The notes below the pieces were generated by a model. The model did no database searches and was not told where the DNA came from. It saw only the letters and a list, made by a program, of their open reading frames with translations. A program made the translations under genes and the position numbers. Below, piece after piece: positions 25,090-38,040 of a DNA stretch of 64,000 bases. This stretch comes from Negaprion brevirostris (taxonomy: Eukaryota): contig JARDVH010000042.1 of the NCBI GenBank assembly GCA_030324005.1, positions 75,323,557 through 75,387,556 on the forward strand. Direction: 5' to 3'. Each line of letters starts with the position of its first letter. The stretch's first letter is position 1.

Positions 25090-26262
25090 CAAAAGAACAA
25101 AGAACAGTATTGCACAGGAACAGGCCCTTCGGCTCTCTAAGCCTGCGCCGCTCATGCACCCAACTAGACCATTCGTTTGTATCCCTCTATTCCCGGTCTG
25201 TTCATGTGGCTATCTAGATAAGTCTTAAACGATCCTAGCGTATCCACCTCAACCACCTTGCTTGGCAGTGCATTCCAGACCCCCACCACCCTCTGTGTAA
25301 AATACGTCCTCCTGACATCTGGCTTGAACCTTGCCCCCTTTACCTTGAACTTGTGACCCCTGTGTTCATCACCTCCGACCTGGGAAAAAGCTTCCCGCTG
25401 TTCACCCTATCTATGCCCTTCACAATTTTATACACCTCTATTAGGTCACCCCTCATCCTCCGTCTTTACAGGGAGAACAACCCCAGTTTGCCCAATCTCT
25501 CCTCATAGCTAAGACCCTCCATACCAGGCGACATCTTGGTAAACCTTATCTGTTCTCTCTCCAAAGCCTCCACATCCTTCTGGTAGTGTGGTGACCAGAA
25601 CTGGACGCAGTATTCCAAATGTGCTGTATGGCTGCAACATCATATGCCAACTTTCATACTCTATTCCCTGTCCTATAAAGGCAAGCATGCCATATGCCTT
25701 CTTCAACACCCTCTCCACCTGTGCTGCCACCTTTAATGATCTGTGGACTTGCACCCCCAGGTCCCTCTATGTGTCTATACGCCTCATAGTTCTGCCATTT
25801 ATTGTATAGCTCCTCCCTACATTAGATTTATTGCTGCTGGTGTCAGTGCTATAGGAATCATAAAAAAGGGAATGTGGACACGATACTATGGAGTGCTGTG
25901 TGTGTGAGACTGAGGAAGAGGCAAGGATCATAGGNNNNNNNNNNNNNNNNNNNNNNNNNNNNNNNNNNNNNNNNNNNNNNNNNNNNNNNNNNNNNNNNNN
26001 NNNNNNNNNNNNNNNNNNNNNNNNNNNNNNNNNNAAATGCATCACTTTGCATTTATCTGGATTAAATTCCATCTGCCATTTCTCCGCCCAATTTTCCAGC
26101 CTATCTATATCTTGCTGTATTCTCTGACAATGTTCATCACTATCTGCAAGTCCAGCAATCTTTGTGTCGTCCGCAAACTTACTGATCACACCAGCTTCTT
26201 CTTCCAAATCATTTATATACATCACAAACAGCAGAGGTCCTAGTACAGAGCCCTGCGGAACT
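25090..26262 (-). mobile_element. Relatively young CR1 LINE 3' part in NXNL2 intron
   Basis: YINDLEEEAGVISKFADDTKIAG...QQDIDRLENWAEKWQMEFNPDKCKVMH and VHRSLKVAAQVERVLKKAYGMLAFIGQGIEY, with an AAGAACAAAGAAC tail. It sits within older CR1 remnants (~23030-26500). Confidence 0.85.
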
Positions 26263-26934
26263 GGTTAGACTGAGAATGTATTGGCCAAATAAATTATCCT
26301 GAATGCACGTCAAAATCTCTCCTACTCTTACCTGTTACTCTAATATTATCCTAAATGATAATTTGGTAATTAAAGACCCCCAATATCACCATTCTATAGT
26401 CCTTGCAAATCTCTGATTTCCTGTCGACTTCTCCTTTTATCTCTCTCTCTCTCTCTATTTGAGACCTATTATGCCCATTTTTTAAAAACTGTAACTAAAT
26501 GAATTGTGTACTTGCTCCTTCAAGATATTCTGTCATTCGGTCAAATCTATGGAATTCCCTGCCCGGTGAAACATTGAGGCTACCTCATGGAATGCTTTTA
26601 AGGCAGAGATAGATTTTTGAATAATAAAGGAATTAAGGGTAATGGTGAGTGGGCGGATAAATGGAGCTGAGTCCGTGAAAAGATCAGCCATAATCTTATT
26701 GAATGACGGAGCAGGCTCAAGGGGCCAGATGGCCTACTCCTGCTCCTCATTTTTCTGTTATTCCAACACTATTAGTTTTTATCTTTTTACCTTCCTTTGA
26801 TCACCTCAATAACTGAGCAACCAATTTGCAAAGGAAAGCACTGATCAGAAAAAATAGGGCAAAAGTCATGGATAACAGAGGCTACTCTATAACCTGGCTG
26901 TTTTACTAACAGTCTATTTTTTTCCCTCTATCAG

Positions 26935-27106
26935 GGAGTTGAAGAAGAAATACTGCATTACAGCAATTCCGAAACTGGTGATTGTAAAACAGAACGGGGA
27001 TGTCATCACTGACAAAGGTCGTAAGCAGATACGAGATCAAGGCATGGCGTGCTTCAGGAACTGGATCGAGGTGGCAGAAATTTTCCAGAACTTTACAGTT
27101 GATTGA
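26935..27106 (+). CDS. NXNL2: Nucleoredoxin-like 2, coding exon 2 (long isoform C-terminus)
   Basis: TACTAAC branch point (26904-26910), polypyrimidine tract and TCAG acceptor. In phase 2 it reads (L)ELKKKYCITAIPKLVIVKQNGDVITDKGRKQIRDQGMACFRNWIEVAEIFQNFTVD*, matching the recalled NXNL2 C-terminus. 302+172=474 nt gives 157 aa. Not in the ORF track because it has no own start. Confidence 0.95.
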
Positions 27107-27224
27107 GAGTTGACATGAAATATACTGTAGAAAATACCTGTGACATTTGAATGTAAATTTTATAGCTGAAGCATAGGTCTGCAACAAAAGGAACTTCTAG
27201 CTTTCCATGCACATTCTCATTTTA

Positions 27225-27230
27225 AATAAA
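27225..27230 (+). terminator. Candidate polyadenylation signal of the NXNL2 long isoform
   Basis: First AATAAA after the stop codon (~120 nt downstream). An ATTAAA at 27367-27372 followed by T/GT-rich sequence is an alternative. Confidence 0.55.
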
Positions 27231-30070
27231 GTTCTATGACCAAACATAGCAAACTATGCAATTATAAACAAACAATTTGTGGTATTTTGAAATGTTTCTT
27301 CTAAAATTTAAATATAATAGAAAAGAGCCAATATTTCTACTGCATTAATATGGTAAAATAGTTTTTATTAAAGACATGTTAATCCTAATGTTTTTGACCT
27401 TGTTTTTTTTCAAATTGCAAGATTGGATAGTGAGACAGCAGTAATACTATCACTTTGTCTGTATGTAGTAGACTTGCTTTTAACATGATGTCATTATGGT
27501 CCAGATATTCCAGCGTCTGCCTCATCCCAAGATGCACTTCAGGATCATATGGCAGTCCTGATACAATGACTGTGGGAACTGCTCAAAAAATCTTCAACTC
27601 AGTGTTAAAGGATTTAGAGATGAAAGGAGAGGTGTTTAATCTTTAATTGATTTGTAACATGTAAACCAAGATATAAACTGTACAACTTAGGTATTTTTAG
27701 GGTTATTACAATTGAGAATCCTGTGATTATTGCAAGGGATGTTAGTCGGAACTTTGACATTTACAGACACAGGAAACCGGAGTAACTGGAATACTGAAAG
27801 AAGGAGATAATATTAGATAGTTTAGAAAATGAGTAGTATAAGTAAAAAGACAAATGCCTTCTTTAAAAGATGTTTTTCTTAAATTTTTTCTGTTTTACAT
27901 TTACCACAAGACGGAACAAATTCCCAAAATCTAGTATAGTACAGAGTAATCATTATTTGGCATTAGCGTATAGGAAAAAAAAAGCAAATATTCATTACAA
28001 ATGATTCAGATTATCACTTAGCTACTGGGTCAGTTGACCTTTAAACTAGACTGCTGAATTTAAAGAGAAACACTTACCAACACTTAACTGCTCAGCTTCA
28101 AATTTCCCATATCCTGACTCTGGCTGAATCTCACTCTGGCTGCAGTCTCTCTCCCATCAGCATGCACAAGCTCATTGGTCATCCTTCTCCTTCATCTCTT
28201 GATTTACAAGTATTTCTAGGATGTTATTTATGTCTTCAAAGACAAGCACACAATATCTGTTCACGTGCACATTCTAGAATGTTGAAGAAAGTCAGAATTG
28301 AAAAACCATACATTATGAACATAATTTTACAAATACTTTTGGATATGGAAGTTGTGCCATGTAATATCACTGTTCAAGATGGGAAGAGCAGACAAACTGG
28401 AAAACTATAGTTAAGTTTGTACAAATATAAATATGTTTCTAAATGAATGAGGTGAGGTTCAGAAAGATGTAGGTTAATTGAAGAGATTTCACGCAGATTT
28501 GTATTCTAACCTTGTAAAGATTTTTTTGGTAGTAGCTTGTGTGACATTTAGCTTCAAAATAATGCTAACACATTATACAAGATTTAAAGAACAATAATGT
28601 ACGTGGTTCTATGTTACAAAAATATACTTATTGAAAACAATGAAAGAAGAGCAAAGGAAAATGTAAATGCAAGTAAATAATGTAATTTGAATTGTGAGTA
28701 TAGAATTAGAAGAGCATAAATCTAACCAGCTCCGTGAAAGATGCGAGTTGAGAATTTTTTCCCAAAGGATTAGTAGTTACGTGAAGATAGAATTTCCATT
28801 TACTTAGTGCCTCATTATGTCACTCAGGTTGCTCCAGAGCACTTTGCTATAATTGCTTTGCAAAAGGGTTACTGGTAGCAAACAACTGACTCCTTAGATA
28901 AAACAGTTAATGTTGTTTTCTTTTAAAGAGCCAGATAAAATGTTGTTACCATAATTAATTGCCAGCATTTACAATGACGTTAAATCTAAAATTAAAAAAT
29001 AGACAGCCGGTCCATTAGAACTTGAACACTAGGAAGAGGAGGAAGGGCATGGGCACTAAGTAACGTTTGTATGTACAATACTATCTCATCGTAGATCTGT
29101 GCAGTGAAATTTGTTCACATCTTTGCTGGACCAATACGAATTTATTCCCAAGAGCAAAACAGAGAGTATTCCTTCAAATTTAGTTTTGTTGTTGTTACAC
29201 AATGAATCCCACTGGAACTAGTTTGGCAAAAACAACATTAATGATTCTGAACTTTGTCTCAGAATGAAAGAAACACGCTGTTTATTAATGAGACAAAGTG
29301 AAGTCAAGAGCAATTAGCTGAACACAAAAGTTTACTTGCAATTTTCAAATTCTTTCCTGTATGAGCAATCTCACTTACAATAAAGTTCAGATTCTAAGTT
29401 TGGCCTGTCTACAAATCACCCACACAATTATTCATGAGTTGCCACTTTGATACGTGCGAGACCTTAAAAAAAAAAGCATGAATTTGTGGCTTACTCATCA
29501 GCAAGTCATTGTGCAAGAGTGATCTTTTTTTTCTTTGAATGTAGCTGCTTGGCTAAATTATCTATCATTACAGGTAGGAGAGTGGGTTTAATACCTTCTC
29601 ATGGAACTGAGGTCTAATTCTCTATATAACTAATGTATCCCTTTGTCTTCCTCCACTTTTTAATAAAATTGTGTCGCCTTCTATCCTCTCCCATCCTTGC
29701 TTGAAGGCATTTCCTCCTTGTCTGGGGTATAACATCGTAAGTATCAGCCAATGTTTAGTGATTTCCCCATTAGTTTTTTTGTATTCATTTGTGGGACGTG
29801 GGTATCACTGGCTGGCCAGCATTTATTGCCCAATTCTAGTTATCCTAGAACTCAGTGGCTTGCACTTCAGAGGGCAGTTCAAAGTTAACCACATTGCTGT
29901 GGTTTTGAGTCACATATAGGCCAGACCACGTAAGAAAAATCTATTTCCTACCCTAAAGAACATTAATGAACCAGATGGATTTTTACAAAAATCAACAATG
30001 ATTTAATGATCATCATTAGATTCCTAATTCCAGACATGTTGTATTGAATTCAAATTCCATCATCTGCCAT

Positions 30071-30381
30071 TGTTTTTTTTTGTTTATTCCAATCCAATCA
30101 AGACAAATTAAATCCAATTCAGAGTCCCAACAAGTTGGGACATTCCTGATCCAAGCTGACAGGACAGGGATCTCATCTCCTGTCTTGGGCTTGATCTACA
30201 TGATCCAAGCTGATTGGAGTAGGTGTAGCTCTTCCTCCAAGGCTTGATCTAATTTGTATCTTAGCCAAAAGGCCAAGATGCCGCTTGAAAAAATTGCCTC
30301 AAAAGAAGTTGAAATGTAACCTAATGACTTCAACCAAGTGCAGCATGTCAATACTACACTTGATCTTAGCCAAAAGGCCGA
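30071..30381 (-). mobile_element. U2 snRNA-headed, poly(A)-tailed short retroposon (SINEU-like)
   Basis: The minus strand starts TCGGCCTTTTGGCTAAGATCAAGTGTAGTAT (= U2 nt 9-39; 30381-30351), carries a second U2 stem-loop-I copy (30258-30281) and ends GGAATAAAC-A9. It interrupts a host repeat whose uninterrupted form (CATCTGCCAT...CAGGTCCCCAGAAC) is seen at ~54795-54833. Confidence 0.75.
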
Positions 30382-32367
30382 CACTATAGAAATGATCCCT
30401 AAGAATATAAGCTACACAGGTCCCCAGAACTTTAGCTGAGTTTCTAGATTAATAGTATAATAATACCACTAGGCCATCACCTCTCCTTGAGTTTGACACA
30501 GATGTTAGCACCATATTTAACTGCAAAAAACATTACATTGCACAATCAATTGTATCCTGATCCAGCAAATTTGCATGTGTACTTTCACCAAGAGATCACT
30601 GGATAATTGTTGTTGCTTGATCAAAGGAAAGATGCAAATGAGGTAGGCTGTTTTATTCATTTTAGCACAATCAAGCATTGATTTCCCCCCATCATGTTAT
30701 CTCTTAAAATGACTCAGAGGTTTTTGGCTCTATTACACTACTCAGGAGGCCATTCTAAATGTAGATCATTCTGTGTGTAATTCATTTCTTCCCTTTCGCA
30801 AGGTTAATTTTATATACACATGTTCATCTATCCTGGCAGACATTGGTGCAGTACTCCAGTTAAAATTCCAATGGCGTTCTGTACCTTGTATATTTCTTTT
30901 ATTTACTGCTTTCTGAGGTTAAATAGCCGCAGTTTCTCCAGTCTTTTTACACCATCTTCATGGTTGGTGATGAGTTAAATTCTCATGTGTTTACACACTC
31001 TGGATTTAGCAAATGTTTCAATTGCTGAATGGATTATCCAAAATTCATTTAAATTTTACAAAAGAAGAACAGTGGTTCCGTATAAAGATCTACTATTAAC
31101 AATTAAACAAAAAAGTTCTCAGAATGTCAATGTTGCTGGCAAGGCCACATTTATTGCTAATTCCTAGTTACCCTGTGAAGGCTTTGATGTATTTATTGCC
31201 ACCTTCATTATGGCAATATTAAAATTAAAATGTTCAAGTGGCGACCAACATCAATTAACAAAGCTGTGCCTTTTATAAGCAAGCCGGGTAGAAAATTTAG
31301 CTTATAATCAGATCTGCAGCTCCCCTCAGCTAATCACCTTTATTTTTAGCAGACATAATTGTCCTGGTCCAGAAAGAACATCCTCTATAAATCTTACATG
31401 ATAGTAGCCATTTGCTACTGGGTGACTGGATCGTGAAAAATCTTGAGATATAATAAACATAGCAAACTTTCACTTACATAAAACACTACAGCACAATCAG
31501 GCCCTTTGGCCCACAAGTTGCGCTGATCATATCCCTACCTACCAGGCCTCTCTATAATCCTCAATCCCATTAAATCCCATGTACTCATTCAGAAGTCTCT
31601 TGAAAGACCCCAATGAGGTTATTCAATAGTTCCTAATAAGTAACATGATGAGCATTTGTATGTGCAGAATGCATTTGAAACACGGAAATCTATGACGTAC
31701 ATTTTAACACATCCTGTCTATCAACGTATTTACATGATTTGTGGGATTTGTTGTTTTCAACAAATTTCACGAGAAGAAACAGACCTCCTATAACTTCTCA
31801 TACTGCAGCACATTGAATGGAATCAACTGTACTAAAGTGTGTCATATGTACAGGTTTAAATATGTAGGTCGTCCTCACACCAATGTGAAGTAAATAATAT
31901 ATTTTAAAATCTGCTGTAACTTTGCTCCCATAGAGATATGAGTACAGTTACAGGTCTTTGATGGCCCTTTTAGGAATTGAAATGTGGATTGATACTGAAT
32001 CCAGAACTATTATGGTCCTAATTTCAACTTTTGTTGTGACTACTCTCAGTTCAGGTACCAATGGGAAGAACAGGATGCTACACTTGGGTTCAATATCTCT
32101 AGAGGAGGGAGAGGAAAATTGACTAGAGTTTCCTGTTTTGAGTGTTATCTAGTAACAATATTGGAATTGCAGATGTCCAGTTGAGTTGCAGGGTGAGACA
32201 AGATTGGGCTCTCGTACTAGGACTTTGATTGAATAGTCTGTCATCATTTAGTGCATGTTTGCACAAAGAATAGGAATTTAGGTCAAAGTATGCCAGTGCA
32301 ACAACGAAAGTCACCTCCAGAATGGAGACGCTCTTCCCAATTATTTTTAAAATATAAGTTAAACAAT

Positions 32368-32686
32368 GGGGCGGCACGGTGGTTAGCATTGCTGCCTCAC
32401 AGTGCCAGGGACCCAGGTTCAATTCCAGCCTCAAGCCACTGTCTGTGTAAAGTTTGCATGTTCTCCCTGTGTCTCTGTGGGTTTCCTCCGGTTGCTTCAT
32501 TTTCCTCTCATAGTCCAAAATGTGTGGGTTAGGTTAATTGGCCATGCTAAATTGTTTCTGTGTCAGAGGGATTAGCAGGGTAAATACATGAGGTTACGTA
32601 GAGGGGACCTGGGTGGGATTGTTGTCGGTTCAGACTTGACGGGCCAAATGGCCTCCTGCTGCTCCGTAGGGATTCTATGGTTCTAT
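32368..32686 (+). mobile_element. HE1-like V-SINE (tRNA head, V core, CR1-type tail)
   Basis: GGGCGGCACGGTGGTTAGCATTGCTGCCTCAC (A box), GGTTCAATTCC (B box), core TTTGCATGTTCTCCCTGTGTCT..GGGTTTCCTCCGG, tail GATTCTATGGTTCTA. Confidence 0.8.
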
Positions 32687-35600
32687 TATAATAGATTTAG
32701 CAGCTGGGCCACCACTATGTGGAGGAGTAAACTCATCCACAGGCCAACCCTCGGGTGCTGTGGTACCAAACAGGCAATGAAGGCTTCCAAGTCTGTCTTG
32801 AGCATCACCTTTCAGGTCAACTGCTGGGAGACTGTATCCAAGCATCTAATTTGTCTGCTACTGCTGCGGGGACCTGGAAAATTCCACTTAACCTCCATCA
32901 ACAGACCTAAATAGGCCTACTAGTGGGTTAATTGGCTACCTGTCACTTGCAGACAGATAGTCCTGCCCCCAAACCCATCCTCCATCCAACCTCTTGGAAA
33001 ATGACTTGGGTTGGAATGGAATCAGGGAACTGGTAAGCAGGCCAGTAGCATGTAACTTGGCATTCACTCACCTCCATGTCCACCCTCTGTGAGGAGCTAA
33101 AAAAAATCCAGCTCTATTAGGCCAATCTTCTTACCAATCTGAGTACATTCCTATTATTTCTAGTATCTGTCCTTTATCTGCTAACCAATCTTCTATCCAT
33201 GTCAATGGGTTGACTCTAATTCTGGGTGTGTCATTTTTGTTAACATTTTCTTATGTATAATGTTGTTGACTAGCTTCTGGAAATCCAGCTGCAAAACAAC
33301 CATAGGCAAACCTTATCTACCACATTTGTTACTACATTAAAAAATTCAACCAAGTTTATTTTATGCAAATTATCCTTTACTAATGGATGCTGGGGGGGGG
33401 GGGGGGGGGGAGGGGTTANNNNNNNNNNNNNNNNNNNNNNNNNNNNNNNNNNNNNNNNNNNNNNNNNNNNNNNNNNNNNNNNNNNNNNNNNNNNNNNNNN
33501 NNNNNNNNNNNNNNNNNNCCCCCCCCCCCCCCCCCCCGCCCGAGTCACTATTTCTCCCAGGTAGATTTTTTTGAGAGCTATGTTAAGTAGCCAGATGAAT
33601 GTACTTTAGTTGAAAGTAAGCCCCTCAAAACAATCCCTGTGTAAAAATTCACCCCTTAAATTTTTGTCTCGGAAACTGATCTAAAGAATCTGATTTTTAC
33701 ACGAGCATATACAGTAAACAGCAGCTATAATTGTTGTCTCAGTCATAGCACCACTAAGTTATCTTTGCTGCCAGCCTTCTGCTGGTTTCCCTCCATGGGA
33801 AGCAGAGAAATGTTTATTCTTTGAAATTCAGAAGTTGCAATGGATGCCTTTAAAACGTCAAGCCTTCAAGATCTTGGATAAATTTACAAGTAATTATGCA
33901 GACAAAAATTTAGCAATGATGTTCATTGGTAATAACATATGGCTAACTAGATTTTAGGTAATAAACCAACCATTGTGTGGTAATGGGTAGCTTCCAAATT
34001 AAAAGATAATACAGTCAATTCAGGCTGGGCAATAAAATAATTCCGAGCACAGACTTTATTTTCTTAATATCTGCAGTTACTAATTATTGAGTTGCATCTG
34101 CATCTCTCTATATCTCACATGATCTATAATAGTTGTGTAGTGAATGAAGGTCTGGTTGCAAACCTACCTCAGTGCAGCTGGTACTACTGATTTTTAATAA
34201 TCTTAAATCATTTATAACAATGCATAAGGTGGAAGTCTTAATATTTTATAAAGACCTTTTCGTGTTTTGCTACAATGATTTTTGGACATTGAGACAGTAT
34301 TTCTGAATTAGCTCAGCAATGCATATTTAACAAGGTATGTATCCTGTAGATCGATAAACCTAAGATACACTGATGAAAATGAACATGAAACCATATTTAG
34401 GAAAGTTTGACAAGTTGGAAGTTGTGGCTGTAAATTAGAGTACAAGTGTTATTTAGTACTTCCTTAAAGAGCTCAGTGGTGTACTTCACATCAGTTAAAT
34501 GGGAAATTCGAATCGTCAGCCTCTAAGACATTACGTATGTCTGAAAGAGTTCATCAACTTTCAGACAGATGATAAGAATTTCATTAACCACAGTATTGGT
34601 AGGATTTTGTGTATATGATGTTCATATGAGATTATTCCTGTTACAGCGTTTAAAAATGATCAACAATATACGTATAGATAATGTACATCAATAATGTAGA
34701 CAATGTATTCTGAGATAAAATGTTGTAAATGGGATGATATCATTGAATCTATCTGGACGCAGACACTTTGTATTAGCTTGAACCGAGAACAGCAACATTT
34801 GTATTTAGATGGAGTCTTCAATGAAATAAACCATCTTTTGGCATCACATTTGATGTCTTCAGTTATCCAAGTCATCAGTTCTGAATTTCCATCTTAAGCC
34901 TCTCTATTTCCCTACTTCCCGCCCCTCGTTTACGACCCTCATTTAGCCTACTTCTTTAACCAGGCTTTGGTCATCTTGTGGAATAACCCATTTAAAGAAA
35001 TGCAGCCATTATGAAGTAATACAAAGGTAAAAAATCTTCCTAAAAGTGCGAGCTAAAAGAACTGTAAAAGATTCATTTTTTAAAAAGGTGTTAATACAGT
35101 TCACAATGCTGGGTCACAGGATCCTATATGAAGAGACTGGTGTCTTATAATAGTAAGAAGATTCCTGATAAGAAATTGCACACCAAACACAGCACAGCAG
35201 CACATTTTGTTGCACACTGTCAGGACAGGCAACACAATGTCAGATTTGATGGAATGACCTTTATACTGGTAACTCTAGACCACACTCAACCATCATTTTT
35301 ACAGCCTAGTATCGTGGTATAATCTTAAAACAGATTCTTGAATAATGAAGAAGTTACCCATAATGAAAACTTGCAAGCTTAAGCTTTCTGAAAATCAGTG
35401 ACACAATGTGGCAGTAATATGAATTTCCTTGGAATCAAAATAAACTGTCGTTAAGTAGAAATTAACAGTGATCAAAACCAAATTGAGAACATAAAAATGG
35501 GAGGAGTCTAATTACAATTAAGAGACAACCCCATATGTAAAAATATTGATTAGACAATCTAAGGTACACCATAAGTACTAGGAGAATATCAGGTTCACTT

Positions 35601-36256
35601 AACTAGCATAGGCATCGCTTACTCACACGAGGATTCCAGTAAACGTTACTTTAATACTTGATCGTTGTCCAACTTAAAATTTAAATTTAAGACTGGATTC
35701 TCTATTGGAAATAAGATTGAATCTTCTCTCTATTTTTCCTAGAACATATTTCACCATGCAATTCACTGTTTCCCTTAACTTTGAATTGCATGTTTGGCTC
35801 TTCAATGAATTTTTTAATTTTAGAATTTATATTGTCTCAGGTAGACTTCTGTATTGCTACCTCTGACAGCGACTTCTATATTGTTAACTCAAGAATCAAT
35901 TCCATACTCTCTTTGGTGGTGTAACACATTACTGAGGAGAGGCCTGCACCCTAACAAGAACCAGCAAATTATAATCTGGTTTTAATTTACTAAAATGGCT
36001 ATCTGGATTATGGTAGTATTATGCATGGCTTCTTTCCCTTTGGGAAAGATAAATCAGTTCTTCAGACCCATTTAAACATTTTTGGAATCTGTTTTTCTCT
36101 ACTTGAAGTTGAAGGAGATAATCTTTCTTAATTCATTCATGGAAAGTGGGCATTGCTAGTTAGACCAGTAATTATTACCCATCCCTAATCACCCTTCTGA
36201 AGGTGGCAGTGAGACGCCTTCCTGAACTGCTGCGGTCCATGTGGTATAGGAACACA

Positions 36257-36397
36257 TGATGTGGAGATGCTGGCGTTGGACTGGGTCAACGTAATAAGAT
36301 GTCTCACAACCCCAGGTTAAAGTCCAATAGGTTTATGTGGTAGCACAAGCCACTAGCTTTCAAAGCACTGCTCCTTCATCACGTACCTGATGAAGGA
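36257..36397 (-). mobile_element. Penelope-like terminal repeat (minus) with a short inverted plus-strand restart
   Basis: Reverse complement of the 12990 repeat, extended to the ...GCATCTCCACATCAT end. It is followed by CCTGATGAAGGA in the opposite orientation. Confidence 0.65.
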
Positions 36398-36749
36398 CAG
36401 TAAGACTAGGACAGTAGGACTAGGGGGCACAGCCTCAAGGTAAAGGGGGGACAGTTTAGAACGGAGTTGAGGAGGAACTTCACTCAAAGGGTGGTGAATC
36501 TCTGGAATTCTCTGCCTGTTGAAGTGGTGGNNNNNNNNNNNNNNNNNNNNNNNNNNNNNNNNNNNNNNNNNNNNNNNNNNNNNNNNNNNNNNNNNNNNNN
36601 NNNNNNNNNNNNNNNNNNNNNNNNNNNNNNAAAAAAATTGAATTCAAGTTTCATTACCTGGTGAGATTAGAACACAGATCCCCAGAACATCATTTTGGAT
36701 CTCTGAATGATTAGTCCGGAGACAATACTGCTATACCACTGCCAGCCTT

Positions 36750-37135
36750 AGCCTCTGACCTGCTCTTGTATCTGCATTATTAATATCACAAGTCCAATGC
36801 AGTTCTGATCAATGGTAATTCCCAGAATGATGGTAGTGGAGGATTCAGCAATGGCAATGCCATTGAATGTCAAGAGGTAATGGTTAGAACCTCTCTTGTT
36901 AGGTCCTCTCTTGTTAGAGATGGTCATTGCCTGGCACTTGTGTGGCATGAATGCTATTTGCCACTTGTCAGCCCAAACCTGGATATTGTCCAAGTCTTGC
37001 TGCATTTGAGCATGGACTGCTTCATTATCTAAGAGTCAAAAATGGTGCTCAACTTTGTGCAATCATTAATGAACATCTCCACTTCTGACCTTATGATGGA
37101 AGGAAGTTCATTGATGAAGCAACGGAAGATGGTTG
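36750..37135 (-). mobile_element. CR1/L2-group LINE RT fragment
   Basis: MQQDLDNIQVWADKWQIAFMPHKCQAMTISNKR...LTFNGIAIAESSTTIILGITIDQ. Confidence 0.75.
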
Positions 37136-37789
37136 CAAGGATGGATTGCAATCCTCATCATGGATTGTCTCACAAGGGCCTAGGATTATAATACACTGCA
37201 ATCTACCTGATTATTGCCTTATAAGGCTCAGTGTCAAATTTCATATAACAATGCTATTGTGAAATATGTTGCAATATTTTACCAGTTTGAGGAAGCTATA
37301 AATGCAAGTTATTGTTGCTAATTAAAAGCTGAAATAATCTATGCTAGATTTCCAATATTCACTGATTTTTTTTAACCAATGAGTCTGTTAAACTCAGCTC
37401 ATTGATTGCCATCTGTATAATTCAGATAAGGGTGTCTGCATCTTTATCAACTATATCTAACTAATTTACAGGCCAGTTATAGGTGACATTTTCCAAGCTT
37501 TCATGCTACCAGTCAGGGTTTCATGCAAACCTTACAAGGACTGTAATCAATGCAAAATTTCAAATAAGCCGCCTGTTGTTTGCAACACCCCAATGATATT
37601 GGTCTNNNNNNNNNNNNNNNNNNNNNNNNNNNNNNNNNNNNNNNNNNNNNNNNNNNNNNNNNNNNNNNNNNNNNNNNNNNNNNNNNNNNNNNNNNNNNNN
37701 NNNNNATATTGGTCTTAGAGAATTTTCCCATACCGAATTTTCACCATACAGTAAACCATACATAACTATAGCCTTAAGTTGCTAAATAA

Positions 37790-38040
37790 TTTATTTATTA
37801 GTATCACAAGTAGGCTTACATTAACTGCAAGTAAGTTACTGTGAAAATCCCCTAGTCATCACACTGAGGGAGGATATAGCCTATGCACTTGACCAGCAGA
37901 TTTTTCAGACTGTGGGAGGCAACTGGAGAAAACCCACAGACACAGGGAGAATGTGCAAATTCTACACAGACAGTGATCCAAGTCAGTAATTGAACCCCAG
38001 TCCCTGGCACCATGCAGCAGTGCTAACCACTGTGCCACAC
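37790..38040 (-). mobile_element. V-SINE with the alternative 3' tail
   Basis: TTTATTTATTAGTATCACAAGTAGGCTTACATTAAC...GTTACTGTGAAAATCC tail joined to the V core and head on the minus strand. Confidence 0.7.

Noticed and set aside
25830-25934. Unrelated ~100-bp segment interrupting the young CR1
   Set aside because: It runs into a gap and has no recognisable coding or terminal features, so an insertion cannot be told from a misassembly.
30351-30381. Functional U2 snRNA gene
   Set aside because: Only nt 9-39 match. There is no Sm site, 3' stem-loops or recognisable PSE, and the match is embedded in a retroposon.
32368-32440. tRNA genes
   Set aside because: The A- and B-box sequences belong to SINE heads and continue into the V core; there is no complete cloverleaf.
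33392-33540. G-run and C-run as a G-quadruplex or inverted repeat
   Set aside because: The homopolymers directly flank a 100-N gap, which is typical of short-read assembly breaks.
27455-35322. Short ORFs downstream of NXNL2 as exons of a neighbouring gene such as S1PR3
   Set aside because: No GPCR-like or other recognisable peptide, and no convincing splice-site pairs.
37596-37716. Short direct repeats either side of gaps (ATATTGGTCT here; TGAAATATATA at ~42433/42544)
   Set aside because: They probably reflect contig overlap or unresolved insertions at placeholder gaps and cannot be interpreted as biological TSDs.
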